From: Paragordius varius
Taxonomy: Eukaryota > Animalia > Nematomorpha
Reading direction: 5' to 3'
Assembly (NCBI GenBank): GCA_964247055.1
Contig: OZ176052.1
Location: forward strand, 12,524,001 to 12,588,000
Length of the DNA stretch: 64,000 bases
The notes beneath the pieces were generated by a model, which saw nothing but the letters and a program-made list of their open reading frames with translations, did not search any database and was not told the origin of the DNA. Position 1 is the stretch's first letter. The number at the start of each line of letters is the position of its first letter. This document shows positions 24,201-38,000 of the stretch, one piece after another. The translations under genes and the position numbers were made by a program.

Positions 24201-24240
24201 AGTGAGTTATGCTGCAGCTATTTGTACCATCAAACTCTGA
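21205..24240 (+). CDS. MEMO1: MEMO1
   Basis: Exons 21205-21259, 21284-21371, 21396-21464, 21490-21602, 22087-22198, 22225-22367, 23532-23710, 24106-24240. Motifs [60 protein letters not shown]. Confidence 0.97.
21765..21955 (-). mobile_element. hAT MITE in MEMO1 intron 4, ends related to the 51209-53459 element
   Basis: CAGTGATACTTACC ... GGCCGCGGGCTGAGTACCATTG; TSD TAATAACC / TTAAAACC. Confidence 0.8.
22514..22742. mobile_element. TA-flanked MITE (TIR TACCATTTAC) in MEMO1 intron 6
   Basis: TATACCATTTAC ... GTAAATGGTATA; related copy at 60602-60883. Confidence 0.85.
22866..23448 (+). mobile_element. piggyBac-like TTAA MITE in MEMO1 intron 6
   Basis: TTAA...CTTCGATTCAAATTGGGG ... CCCCAATTTGAATCGAAG...AAGTG TTAA. 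Confidence 0.85.
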
Positions 24241-24626
24241 AACAAATTATACTCATAGCATGCATTTAATTGGAAATTATCTTTTATTTATTTTTTGTAC
24301 AAATGCAAAAAAAATATTAGTAATTGTTTTATATAAATATAGTAAATGTATATTTTAACTCTCTTAAAAATATTTACAATTATGGAGGCATTAGTTATTT
24401 AAGTTTCTTCTTAAATTATTTTATATTAAAATCGGGATAATGAATAGGATTTTCTAATCGCCTTTATTAATTAATCAATCAGGTTAGAGGGTTAAGATAT
24501 AAAATATTTCATAGAAAAACGGAAAACAGCTTAAACGCAATCATACCTTAAAAGTATTCTTTAATACACGGATTGTTGCTACTATTTATATGCGAGATAT
24601 CCAACATTCTTAAACTATGATTTATT

Positions 24627-25293
24627 GGTTGATTGGTTATTCCTAAGTCGTAAACGACTTTTTGGATATAGTTTTCACCATTGCTTTCCACTTTCTTCTA
24701 TCTTTTACCGCTACATTGAGATCATTCAATGACATTTTAGTCTCCTCTTTTATCATATCCAACCACCTCATCGGTGGTCGGCCTCGTTTCCTTTGTCCTT
24801 CTACCGCCCAAACATTGTATCTTTCTCTAGAGAATTCGATCGCATGACATGACCAAAATATGTTAACTTCCTTTTTAGAATTATCTCCAGGATGTTTGTT
24901 TTAGGATTTATTTCTGTTGTTGGATTTCTATTCTAAAATTTAACCTTCCAGGTGTATCCTGGCATCCTACGCCAGCATTTTCGAAAGCCATGAGCCTTTC
25001 TTTGTCTCTTTTTCTGAGAGTCCAGCTCTCACAACCATATGTGGTGACCGGGAGAACAAAACAATAGAGTTTAACGCTAACAAAACCAAAATATTATCTA
25101 CTGGAGAAAAGCTTACAATTATTATAGATGAAGTGAAAATAGAAGTAGTTAATCAATTAACGTTTTTGGGTGTTATATGGCTCTTAACTCCTCAGAGAGA
25201 GGGAGATAGAGAAATAGGATTGAGTGGGGAAGCGATGACCAAATTAACAAAGATTTGGAAAAACAAAAGCGTAAGAGTTGAAACTAAAAAAAG
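24627..25293 (-). mobile_element. 5'-truncated, 5'-inverted RTE/BovB-like LINE with 10-bp TSD
   Basis: - strand 25067-24627 encodes YGCESWTL...YFGHVMR...RGRPPMRWLD...DRRKWKAMV. + strand 25068-25293 encodes the immediately upstream part (NANKTKIL...FLG...AMTKLTKIWK). TSD ATGATTTATT at 24617-24626 and 25294-25303. Confidence 0.9.
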
Positions 25294-26673
25294 ATGATTT
25301 ATTAAAAAACACATTATGCATTGTGAGACAGACAGGATCGTGGATTGATCTTTTTCAAATCGGATATTATCATATCCATATATTCCACCTTCTCACTAAA
25401 GATGTATACCCCATTTGACGAAAATAACTGGAGCCAAATTAAGATTGAATTACGACAAAGGTGCGTTGTTTACCTTTGTATTCAATTTTAGAGGAAACAC
25501 GGACAAGGATCTAAAAAACTGCGTATATCATAATTAATGGCTTGACACTTACTGTAAATTATTTACGGAACTGAATGTCAAAAATTCTGTCAACATTCAA
25601 CTACAATAAGGCATATATTTACATAAATGCACCTAATGAACGCATTGAAGCCAAACTATGTGCCATTAACACAGTATACAAAAGTTTTCTACCAATAAGG
25701 CGAAGAATTGGAATGCCAAAAGTCTAAATAAAAACAACAAAATATGGTAATCACGTCATTGTTAAACTAATATAGAAAATAATTGGTTTTCCCATTTATA
25801 AAAAATTAAAATGCAATTTTTGATTAAAAGTGTTATATTCTTATGGTTTTACCTGTTTTCCGAATATTTCAAACATTCAACTCAAATTTTTCAAAAATGT
25901 GTAACATTTGGAGCCCAGACTAAATTTTCAATAATAATATAAGATATAATAACAAATTTTTAAATTGTAGGAGTTATATGGTAAATTTATGTTTGTCACA
26001 TTGTGCGCTAAAATTGTGATTTTATAATTCTTTTATAAATGACTTGGCTTCAAAACTAAAAGCATCATGAAAATTCTAATTTAAGTATCAGGGTATATAT
26101 ATGTATATATATTATCAATAAATTCTTTTAATTCCTAAATAATTTAATTCACATTTGGAAACTCTTATAAATATTTTGAACGGCGGGGTTGGTTTTTAAC
26201 CCGAACCGTTTTCGCACATTTCATGTATTGCTTGTTCTTCCAGTTCCATATATTTTTGTAAAAACAATCCCGGGCAAAATGGTACCACTGTCTAAAAGGT
26301 TTTTTAAACAAGTTTGTTTTTTATTTTGTTTGAATAAAACCAAAAATTAAACATACCCAAAAAAGTTTATAAACTATAACAGACAACCTCATCAAAATAC
26401 AAGGTTAACTTCATTCACAAATTTTAAATAAGTTTTTTTGGACTATTGTTAGGTGCCACGATATTATAAAAGAATCGTTTTATCAATTGTTTTCCAAATT
26501 ATAAGCTAATGGCTCAGATTCCATAAAAACTAATCATTTCTGTGGCAAGACTTTCATAAGGATAAATGTTTAATTTTTATTGCTTATAGTCTTTATGTGA
26601 ATGAATGAGGCCTTGATGTTTAGCTTGCTTTCGCCACAAGATTTAAAATATTCTTAATTACAAATACTATCCA

Positions 26674-27245
26674 TTAACATTTCTTTTTAAATTGGGGTAT
26701 CTAATTACCCGAGACAATATCTAAGTTGATATTTATAAAAACTACTAAAAGAAACCAATTAAAATTTATGCTTTTATCCTAATAAAAATTATATAATTAC
26801 GCCAAAATATCTGAATGAAATTTAGTTTGTAAAAAAAGTTCCGTATCAAACAACTTGGACGCCATTTTTATTTTATATCATTTTTTCAAAATATCTTGTT
26901 AGTATGATTTCAAGCCTAAAATTAAGTTTAGTTTTTTTTTCTTTAAATCACAACGATATTGATATAAACAGAAAACTCGTATATCTTGCATTATATTATT
27001 TAGCACATGCATACATGTCATGTTGTCTAAATTTTTACCTTTGGGTTTTACCTCTCAATAAGTGATATCAAGTATTTTTGAATGATTTTTTTTCCATATT
27101 TTAGGTTCATTAGTGTTATATGAGTGCAAACTTTTATGGTTCCAATTTATTTCTTTTTAAAATATATAATTTTGAACAAGCCTGATATCTAACTGCCCCA
27201 ATAAGAATCGAAGGACTGAAATGAATGTGTTGTATCCAAGTGTTA
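26674..27245 (+). mobile_element. piggyBac-like TTAA MITE (diverged copy)
   Basis: Same internal sequence and ends as the 22866 and 56091 copies. Confidence 0.8.
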
Positions 27246-28807
27246 GATACTAAAATATCCAGAAGAAAATAATAAATATATGATGTCATATGTTTAAAGG
27301 TGTGTCAACAACATATTTTAACCCCTATAAATTTTTACTTATCTATTTAATATTATATTTATTATGTTCATTTGGTACCGTTTTCGCGTTTATTTATTAA
27401 ACAAAAATATACAATTTGGGTTAATTAGAACAATCAGTGTTTAGGATTGATCACAATTCATGCCACAAATATTAATCATTGCATTGCATGCAAATATTGT
27501 AAGCTTGTTTAAAAAATTATTTTTACCTTCATTTACAGTATATTGTATTTTTATTATTGTTAATCAACATATTGTATATTTATATTTCCATAGTTACTTC
27601 CACACACACTCTGTAGGTTAGTTAGCACTGTGCAATATATTTGTAACTGTTGTATAGAGCTTTCAGCGCGCCTATTTAATATTACTGTTATTCATTATTT
27701 TTTTATGGAAAAATATAGATTTTCTCATTTTGTTTTTCTATATAGAGATATGCGTTTATTGTATATCGTATTGGAGGAAAGGAGTAACCTTATATAAGGT
27801 TGTTAGCTACTTTATACCATATATAATGAGAATCCTTATATACCGTATTTCGTATATTTCCAACTACATGATAATGTATTTTACAAAATTAAAACTAATA
27901 ACATTATAAAAAAGTATCCATCAATATATAATTATTAATCCCAATGATTATGTAGATTTTAACATCTTTGGGATTTTCTAAAAATATTTATTTCGATCCA
28001 TCCCTTACCACATAAATGCCACAAATATTGAACAATTCATCATCAACATCATCGATTTAATAAATATTAATAAGCAGTATTGTCACATATGCAGAATTTT
28101 TATCGAAGTGAAATTTGATCTTTTTCCATCATTTTTGTGTATTTATTAAGCTTATGCGAAAAAAATATTTTTTTTTTCGATAAAATCTTGACATGGCGGC
28201 ATCTTAACTTAATATACAATATAATAATAAATCACTGACTAGCTATTGTTATATTTTCATGTTTTTTGCATTCGTAAAAGATTGGTGCATACAAGAGCCC
28301 TATTATTATTATCGATTGGATTCGAATAAATGCTTTTAATCAACCGACTCTAATCAAGTTTATTGTAAAAATTTTACTAATTCGAAAAACTGATATTAGA
28401 ATAAGCAGCCACTCACACATTTTTTTTCAAAATAGATTTTGAAAACTCACGTTTTGTCCAAATTTATCCTTTATTAATTATTTATATATTTATTTATATG
28501 TATTTTACATCAAAACGATGTGTGGACATTCGTTATCCATTTATTTGAATAAAATCAATTTTAAATGCCATATATTGTTAGATTCCTCTTCTACCAAATT
28601 TATAATACTGCCAACAATGCACTAAATACCATTATTCAGGAATCAATGCCATTATTCGAAAATCGATTGCGACAATTATAATTGTGTGATTGATAGTTTT
28701 TTCATATACCATTTTGAAAAAAATCTAAATTTTTCCCATACTCGTAAATCCTTGCTTTATTTAACCAAATTTAACCAGTGTTGTAAACAAATGAAATTAT
28801 ATAAGGT

Positions 28808-31800
28808 ATGGCTGACATAACAACTAAACTCATCTTTTATCGGCTGCGTGAAACTCTTTTCCGACTCCATGAATTTTTTTCGAGCGGAAGTTCTTCAACA
28901 CAAACAGAATCCACTTCTTTTTCTGGTTCTAGCGGCTTACCCTTAACAAATTTTACTCCAACCAAGGTTCGAAACTCATTTTTAGCCCCCGAAAATTATT
29001 TTTCGCGATTTGACATTCTTGATTTATTGCTCGTTGGCTGGTTCATCGCGTCCGTAGTTATCGCTGCTTTCGTTTACATCATTGTACATGTCTGGTTTGG
29101 CACAGCTGGAGACCATGGAAAAACTCCTAATTCGAAACCTCGAGGCAGGAAATCTCAAGATCTTGTTAATGAAAACGATGAGTGTTTGGATAATCTTGAC
29201 ATGGATTCTCAAATGGATACAGGGCGATCATTTTTTCAACAAAGAGATTTTTCACGGTAATTTTAGACTAAAACTATAATTGGACTCATATAATATATAT
29301 ATATTAAATAATTTCTAATACGGAATGAACTTATAAAATATTTTAACAATACATTATATAGGATAGCGGAGTGTACAAAATAATATCATGATATAAAATA
29401 TATTCCGAGAGGGTGCTTTTGGTTTTGGGGCTTACAAGTGTTTTAAGAAAGTTATTTACACTTGGTAAGTGATCAGAAAGCAAAATATTTTTTGTGATAA
29501 ATTTTTTTGGTCATAAATGCTTCATAAATACAAAATTTATCATAAACTACCCATAAAAAGCAAAAAAATATTTCTTAAAAAATTAAATTTTTTGTGTGGG
29601 CTCCGAAAGTCATTTTTTCCACTCTTTTAAAATGGGCTATCTTAAATAAAAGGCAAGAATGCAGAGCTTAGCGCATTAAAAATTTTAGATAAATATATGC
29701 TAAATTTTGATTTTAATTGAAGATATTTTTAAAAAAATGCACACTTTTTTCAAAAATTAAATTTTTGCAAAATTTTTTTGAAGGCTACTTAATACTATTT
29801 TGAGGCATTATGGAAACGGTATAAAAACGCTTTAAGACATTATAAAAGGGCTTTTTTTACATAATTAAATGATGCTGAACATTTCTATCACCTCAGAATT
29901 TTAATTTAAAATTTCGTTGGCTTTAAAATTTTGGTGAATTTTGGTGAATGGTAAAAAAAATATGATAATCTTGAAGACGAACGAATGTTTATTTGAATTT
30001 TGAGGTGATAAAAATATTTAGCATTATCAAATTATATGGATAAAGCGTTTTTATACCATTTCTATAATGCCTCAAAATAGTATAAGGTACGCTTCAACAT
30101 TTTGCAAAAAGTAAATTTTTGAAAAAAGTATTTTTATAAATATTTTTCGTTGATATTAAAATTTAGCATATTTTTTTATATTTTTTCGCCAAGCTCTGCA
30201 TTTTTGAGTTTTATTTAAAAAACTTTGGGCTTTCGGAGCCTACGTCAAATTTAATTTATTTAAAATATTATTTTGCTTTTTTATAAGTAGTTTATATTTT
30301 AGTGATTTTTGGAAATCAAGCATTTAGCTTTCAGCAAGTAAACAAGTAAAGGGTGTAGTGTAGGAAGATCGTTGGCCACTTGCCGTCAAGGCAATCCCTA
30401 ATTTAGATTTTAACAAAAATTTGAAATAAAAAATAGGCGCAAATTTTCCATTTATATGAAGCACTTGCCACAAAAGTGTTAATAACTTTTTACACGTGTA
30501 AGCTTCAAAACCAAATCACCCTGAGTTCCTGATACATTTTTCTATCAGAATATATTCATTTTATTAAGACATTTTTTCATGACCCCCGATTTCGAACACT
30601 GTGTAGTAGATGCGTCTAATATTTGATAAAATAATCTTTACAGCCATGTATAAGAATTTTTCAAATTTAGCAGCGGCTATAACATTAATTCTTGCTCATG
30701 GTCATGCACTTTATTTTTGATATAAGGGCTACTTTTTGAGTTAGTTTAACGTTGATTATCTTTCATATAATCTTTAGAGTTTGAATAATTTGTAGGCACA
30801 CAAACTTATAATTCCCCAAAAACATTCGTATTTTTTATAATAATATATTATCTAAAAGGTTTATTATGTTAATATCATAATTGGGGTTATTATGAAGGGT
30901 TGTGCTGCATTTCAAGGCGCTTTTAGCTTTTTAAATGTTAAATAAGGTTTGGAATATTTCTTAACAAATATATTTATGCTATTTTCTAGGAATGTAATTA
31001 AATTTGAAAAATTATATTGGTACTCCTAAGAATTCTTGCAAAGAAAATTAATCCTCTTTAAGGAAAATATTTAATATTGAAAATAACCATCATACATATT
31101 TTTTACAAGAGATAATGTAGACAAGGGATTATTTATTCTGAGTTAACTTGGATATTAAAAGAATTCAATTTATTTTAAGGTTTAATCTCTTATTAGTATA
31201 CACTATAATAATTTTTGAATTAGTTACAGCCATATTAGATTGTAGTATTTAAAGTAAAAAGATTAAACACTTAAGTTTTTCAACAATAAACCAATTCTTA
31301 TTTAAAGTATTTAAAATTTCGCTTTTTAATTTATATTAAACTTTAGAACAATTTGGGTCAGTTTTATATTCTACAATCGTATAATTTATAATTTATATGG
31401 GTTAGATTAGATATTAAACCAATCAACAAAAACAAAAACGTTAATAATAATACAGACTATCAAGATTTTGAATATGTGGATCCTTGTAAATGGTCTCTTT
31501 GCCTTTTGGATTGGTTCAATATGGCAAGATTGGAAGATAAGGACTTGTTTCATGCTAACATTGTCAAACATCTCAAAAATAATCTCCTTAACGGTCTTAA
31601 CAATAGAGCTCGATTATCAAAAGTTAGTATCTAAAATACTCTTACCTCATAAAAAATTAAATTTCTAAAAAATAATGTGTGATTGGATTTAGGAAAACGT
31701 TCAGATAACTTACGAGGATATTGGATATGTGCGAAATAATATTGACAAAGATTTATTATCCAACATCAAAATAAATCATGTAACATATGAGCCATCAGCA

Positions 31801-34800
31801 TCCACTGGTGTGGTAAGTTAATTTATTTGACTAATTTATCTACATTGATATCTTTTTTAAGATATTCGATTTTTCAATAAAAGTTTGAATTATAAAGTCC
31901 ACTTATAGAAAAATTATATAAGTATTTTAGAAATGTTAAATATTATATGTCAAATTACACCTAAATTTTAGGCATGAAAATTAAATTGTTCTTTAAATTT
32001 TAAATATTCACCAATTATAACGCAATTGATTAAATGTTAGTTGAATAATGTGTTCAATGCAAAAATAAAACAAAACCAATATACGTGATTTATTTAGTCA
32101 GAGATTTCTGTAGTTTTATTTTGACAGTTAACAATACATACAAGGTCATTTCAATTACCTTTCATAATAAATTATTGCTAATAATTCATTTATTTGATAT
32201 AAACAATATAAGTTATATGATTAATTTATAATCTTTTGAGAATATCATATTAGGTCTCAAAAAATATATTTTTGCAACTCGGTTTTATTTTTGAAAAGCA
32301 TTCAATTTTGTAAAACCTTAATTATCCTAAAAAACTACATATTAATATCTATTGTTTAAATTCCAAGAAGTTTTTTTGCTACGAAATTAATTATTTTTCC
32401 TGTATTCCGTGCACACACACCTCTACAGAAAGCTAGACGACCAGTTAATTATGCAAATATGTTTTCCTAAGCTAACACCTTTTAATATTAATGAAGATTT
32501 TCGAAATTTGGCCTGCTGGTTAGACATTCCTATATATATATATATATATATATAAAGTCCAGATTCTGTCTAAAGCTTCAAATATAATTAGAGATTTATC
32601 ATTCTTGTCGTAATTTATATGATAATTACTCGTTCAGAATATTAAATTTTCATGTACAAGGTGGTGGTTACATCTTAACATATCACAATTAATTTATGCC
32701 AAAATTATTTGGTTTTATTATATTTATAATATAATATATAGCAGGGGCGATTTGAAGGTATAAGTATATTTTTGTATTTAACAAAAAATAAAATGGAATT
32801 TTTGGAATATTTATATTGGTTTAATAACCTTATGAATATTTTAAAAATTCAGCTCAAAATTACTCTAAATGAAAATAACTATCATTTTACATTTAAACCA
32901 TACTATCCATGTCAGATGCATAAGATATATTTAAAACGTATCTTTAAAAAATTATTTAAAAATATTCAGTACATATATTTCTTGAATAATGTGCAGAGTA
33001 CCAATTTTGCGTAATAAATGCTTAAAAATATTTAAATATATATTATTGTTTTTTTATTATAAAACAGAAAATTACAGACATGATTGATTTGATAAATATC
33101 CCCTTGAGGATTTTTGCAACACAGCGTTTAGAAAACTCCAATACGACAAATATGGCTTTATATCAAGCAATATGCAAACAAATACACGGACAAGTTAATA
33201 TAATTATTTATATCGTAATGAAAATATGGTCAATCCATTTTAGATTGAACCAAAAATTTTGGGTTTTTATATAATTTAAGAGGTCTAAAAGTGGTATATT
33301 ATGCAAATTATTAGGTCAATACAAATGAAGGTCCACAACGCATTATTCACAAGAACTAAAACATATATTGTTGGATTGATTAAAATAATAGGCCCATTTA
33401 GGAATTTCGCATTTTCGTGTATTTTAGGTTTTAGTCAAGTCTTCAACTATAATTGATAATTGGCCCTTTACTAATTTATCTATTTTATAAAAATAACTTT
33501 TTCCTTTGATAGATTCGATTCATTATATATCCGCTAAAGCATGCTTACCACACCACACTAAGCTTTGACCATCCACCTGAAATCAAAATCCATTTACAAA
33601 AACTTGATGAACCAACTATAAATGATCCTGTAAATACTGGTCATCCGGTTAATTATACTTCAGTCGATATGGAATTACTCGATAGAGTTATACGTGAAAC
33701 GATATCAAGCCTTCAACTAACTATCGATATGTCCAAATTTTATAAAATTAACCGTCCTATTGGTTTAGGACCATTTCCTCTACCTAAAACGCATTTTCGA
33801 GGTTAATCTACAACTTACCACTCTAATATTATTTATGATCAGTTAAAAATATACTTTACATGTTATGATTGTAGGAAAGAAAGCAAGTTATAAGCACATA
33901 GTATTGGAATCGGATTTAGACGAAGAAATTAAGGCCCATAAGTTACGGAAGCAATCAACGGACAGTATTGTCAAAGAGTATGCCATGAGAACGCATAAAG
34001 ATAGCACAAATTACAAACATAACGTAGTAATCCCTAGTTATTATGAACTTCAACGGGATGGAGCTTTCAGATCGTCTTTCGAATCCTTTCCCAATTCAAA
34101 TCTTGAGCATATGCCTTACATCACAGAATATTCAGGTTCAATGGGAATAAAAGACCTAGAAGTAATTTATTTACTTTATATATGTTTAAGTGAAAATTGT
34201 TGTTTGATATATATATAATCGCGTTTAATTAACCCTTTCTTCTAAGCAATTACTGTTTTTTTGAAAAAAATGCGGCTCTAATATAAATGACATTATAATT
34301 GCTTATCATCATCATTTTCATTTTAAAACCAAAAATTATTTACCAATTTAACATTCTGGAAAACTGGCTAGATCCTAAGAAAAGTTAAACATTAACCATA
34401 TATTGTTTTTACAATAATAGCTATTTAAACACCATTTAATTTGGCTATCTATTTTTTACCAAAAAAAACTTAAAAATACAATGATAGAGATAAATGGATG
34501 AAAATATAATTATTTTCGTTGAAATGGTTTAACTAGCGTAAAATCGATTTTTTGAATTTAAAAAAAAGGCCGAAAAATATTTTTTTATATGAGCGCTTTT
34601 AACATATACTGGCATTGGATAATTCTCTTTTATTAAAGAAATGGTTCTCATTTATTTAAACGTGGTTCAATTTTTCTAAATTACAAGTGAAAATTGAAAT
34701 TTAAACAAAACTTAAAATTATATAGAATATTTTTCATAAGACAGCCATAATTAACCTTGATATTTTCTGTATAAATTAATTTAATTACAATTGAAAAATA

Positions 34801-34965
34801 CATGATAAAATGTAATACCAATATACGTCTCAATTTTTTATTTAAAAAACAATATCTATATCGAAATAATAATTTTACATAAGTACAACGGTTTTTGAAA
34901 CTTTTTTATCGTTATTATATATCTTCTCGTTTCCGCATAATTTCATTTTCACTCTAAATGAATTG

Positions 34966-35001
<36 letters not shown>

Positions 35002-38000
35002 ATAGCTAAAAAAACAACGGCAACAGTTATCAATGAATTTAGTTGGAGAAAACAATAAGTTTATGCCGCCGAATCCGTATGATTTATCACTCAAACAGCT
35101 CAGGCGGACTTCATATTTTCCCAAACAACTTTTCGTCAAGGTTGTCAAAGCCAATGGCTTAGGTGACATTCTTGGTTGTTATGAACCGTATTGTCGTTTA
35201 ACGTTGATCGAAACTGATTATTCCGATGATTTATCACACAGCTCACCCCTCTCAAAACATCGAGATAATCAAGAGACTTCACAACTAAAGTATAGCCTTT
35301 TCACTATTTATAAGCGTTTACTCCATTGATAAGATACAATTTTGTAATGCGGGTTGGTAAAATGATCACAATAAATTTATATATTGGTTTAAATAGCTGG
35401 GTTGATCGGCTATAAATGCCTTTATAACTATTAATGTGACCGCTTTTAAATATCACCGGTTAAAAACTGAACATATGTTTTCCATATGCAATTAAAAAAT
35501 ATGATATAATGGTATCAACTGATAATACTATTAAAAGCATTAAGAAATTGTTTTAATTACTGTTATCAAATAAAGCATATTACGTGAAGAGTCTAAATCA
35601 CGATAGCGACTTATAACCAGTCCGAACGGTTTTTATAATTTTTATAGTAATATCAAATATCCAATATAAGTCATTTCTTTCATATGCGATTGTATCACGT
35701 ATTTAACCAACTAGTTTTTATAAATCAATCTACTTTTAAACACTAGTGAAAATCATCCATCTTCTATCGCCCAACAAAAATTCATGACTTCAGTCATCAA
35801 GAATAGCTGTAATCCGTTTTGGGATGAAAACTTTCTATTTGATTTATGGCCTGTAATTCGCAATCAACAAATCCCTTCAGAGGATACTAATGAGGGAAAT
35901 AATGAGCTGAAAGGAGATCATTGGCCAATGTTAAAAATGGAAATTTTTGATAGAGCCAAAAAAGCTGGAGGTAACGTATATAATCAATTAACATTTTATC
36001 ATATTATGAAATAAAGTAAAAATTGAAATTTTACGGACAAATTGTAAAAATATAAAGACAAATATTTTTTTACAAACTTTTTTAATTTTATAAATTATAT
36101 AATTACTAATTGTAAAATAATAAACATCTCTATTTCATACTTTGCAATATAAAACAATAAGAAATGATTTATCTAAATTTAAAAAAAGTTCAGCGGTCTT
36201 TAGAAAAAAATTTATTTTTATATTTTTACGTTTTCCGTAATTAATTTTTACTATAGTCAAACGCAAGCACATTAGGCTAATCGAAATTTGATTAGAATAA
36301 ATAATGTCAATTCTTTATTATTAGACGATTTTTTGGGTCAAGTTATAATCCCTGTGACTTCACTGATTTCGAATCCGAATCAACGACAAATCATACCGCT
36401 ACTTTCGCGACCCGATCGGACGGATCCAGTCTCAGGAGCGATAACTGTCGAAGTTTAACACAATTTTTATATCCAAAAATTTAATTTAGTTTTTATTACT
36501 AGATAACAAAGGTAATCCCATTAATGAATTAAAGTTTCCATCATCTGCCATGCATGCCTCATCTACGCCAGGTACGATATAAAATTTAAGGAATATGTTA
36601 TATCAATCATAAAAGTAATTTGACTTTTAATTTCTTACATAATTATTTTATTCCATTCTTTTATATATTTTGATTTTAGATTTGTTACAACCCCAAAGAT
36701 ATTCGGAAACCAAAAAATTAACACTAGCCCCATCTAGTATGCGTTATTTATTTGTAAAAAATGTTTAGTTTTAAAAATTCATAAAACATAAGTTTTAGAT
36801 GATTAAATTTTATTTTGATAATAAGATTTATTAACTTATTATTAGGTAAAGGCTTAGGACTTCCAAGCACTCACCATGAACAATATCGTTCAGATTTATC
36901 GACCGTTTCTGATAATCAATTGATTCCCAACAAATATACCTCTTTGCTTATAACCGGCATCATGAAAGTATGTTGACTAAATATTATAACTCAAATTTAT
37001 TTTAAAACTGTTGTAAGTCAAATTTATATTCTGTTTTTATAGGATATCAAAGATGGTCGAGTGTATGAAGTGGAAGACATTAATGGCAAAATTGCACCTT
37101 CATCCAAATTCAAAGGTTTTATTTATAATTAAAAAGCTCTCTTATTTGCACCAATTAATTCATTATGCATTAATATATTTTACTGAACAGAATGTTTTAT
37201 ACCTGAAACTGTGTCTTTCCTAACCTCACTCAAACGTAGCATGAGTGCACGACGAAATCGAAGCCAAAGTCGTTCCAGTAGGCAACATCAAAGAGCAACC
37301 TCGCCGACGGGCGGTTCGACTTCGGCCAGACAATCGCCTGCATCCATCAGAAGCCGAAGTGTCGAGGTCTCACGATTGCCCCAAGAACAAACCACCATCT
37401 CCTCGCTTAAAATGAATACATTACCTTCAGATCACGTTGGTAAGTTTTTGTGCACATAATATTTTTGGGCTAATTTCGTAATAAGAAATTTATATGATTA
37501 CACTTTATAAAATTGTATGTACATTTTTGTATAGTTACGCTATAAAATGCAGTGATAGAGAGGTTAAACGAAAGAATAAGTATAAAATAATGCATTTGAA
37601 ATAATAACTAATATTAATATGTCGATCTAATAATTAACGCTTAATCTTAATATTGCCCCATTAGCATTTTGTCCGCGCAAAAAAATATTTGAATAAAGTG
37701 TGGGTGTTTTTGATTAAAAATCTATATTATGTGGAGATTTATATTAGCGACGAAATATTATAATCAAAATTCAAGGGCAAAAATATTTTTAATATGCTTT
37801 AAATTTTAGATAAATTTGTGCCTGATAGTACTGCACTTAATGGAAAATTAGATTGGCAACGTTCAAATCGTAATATGTCAGCCCCGCCTCCTGGAAGTCC
37901 TAAACCGGGCGTCAGATCTTCTTCTGTCAGTTCACCTAATAAATCAGGTTTATACCTAAACTAATTCTAACATATTTTATTTTATTTGAATTTTCAATCA

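Noticed and set aside
28190-28202. YY1-like ATGGCGGC motif, and AAAATGGCG within the TTAA MITEs
   Set aside because: Short motif, also common inside repeats; no independent support for function.
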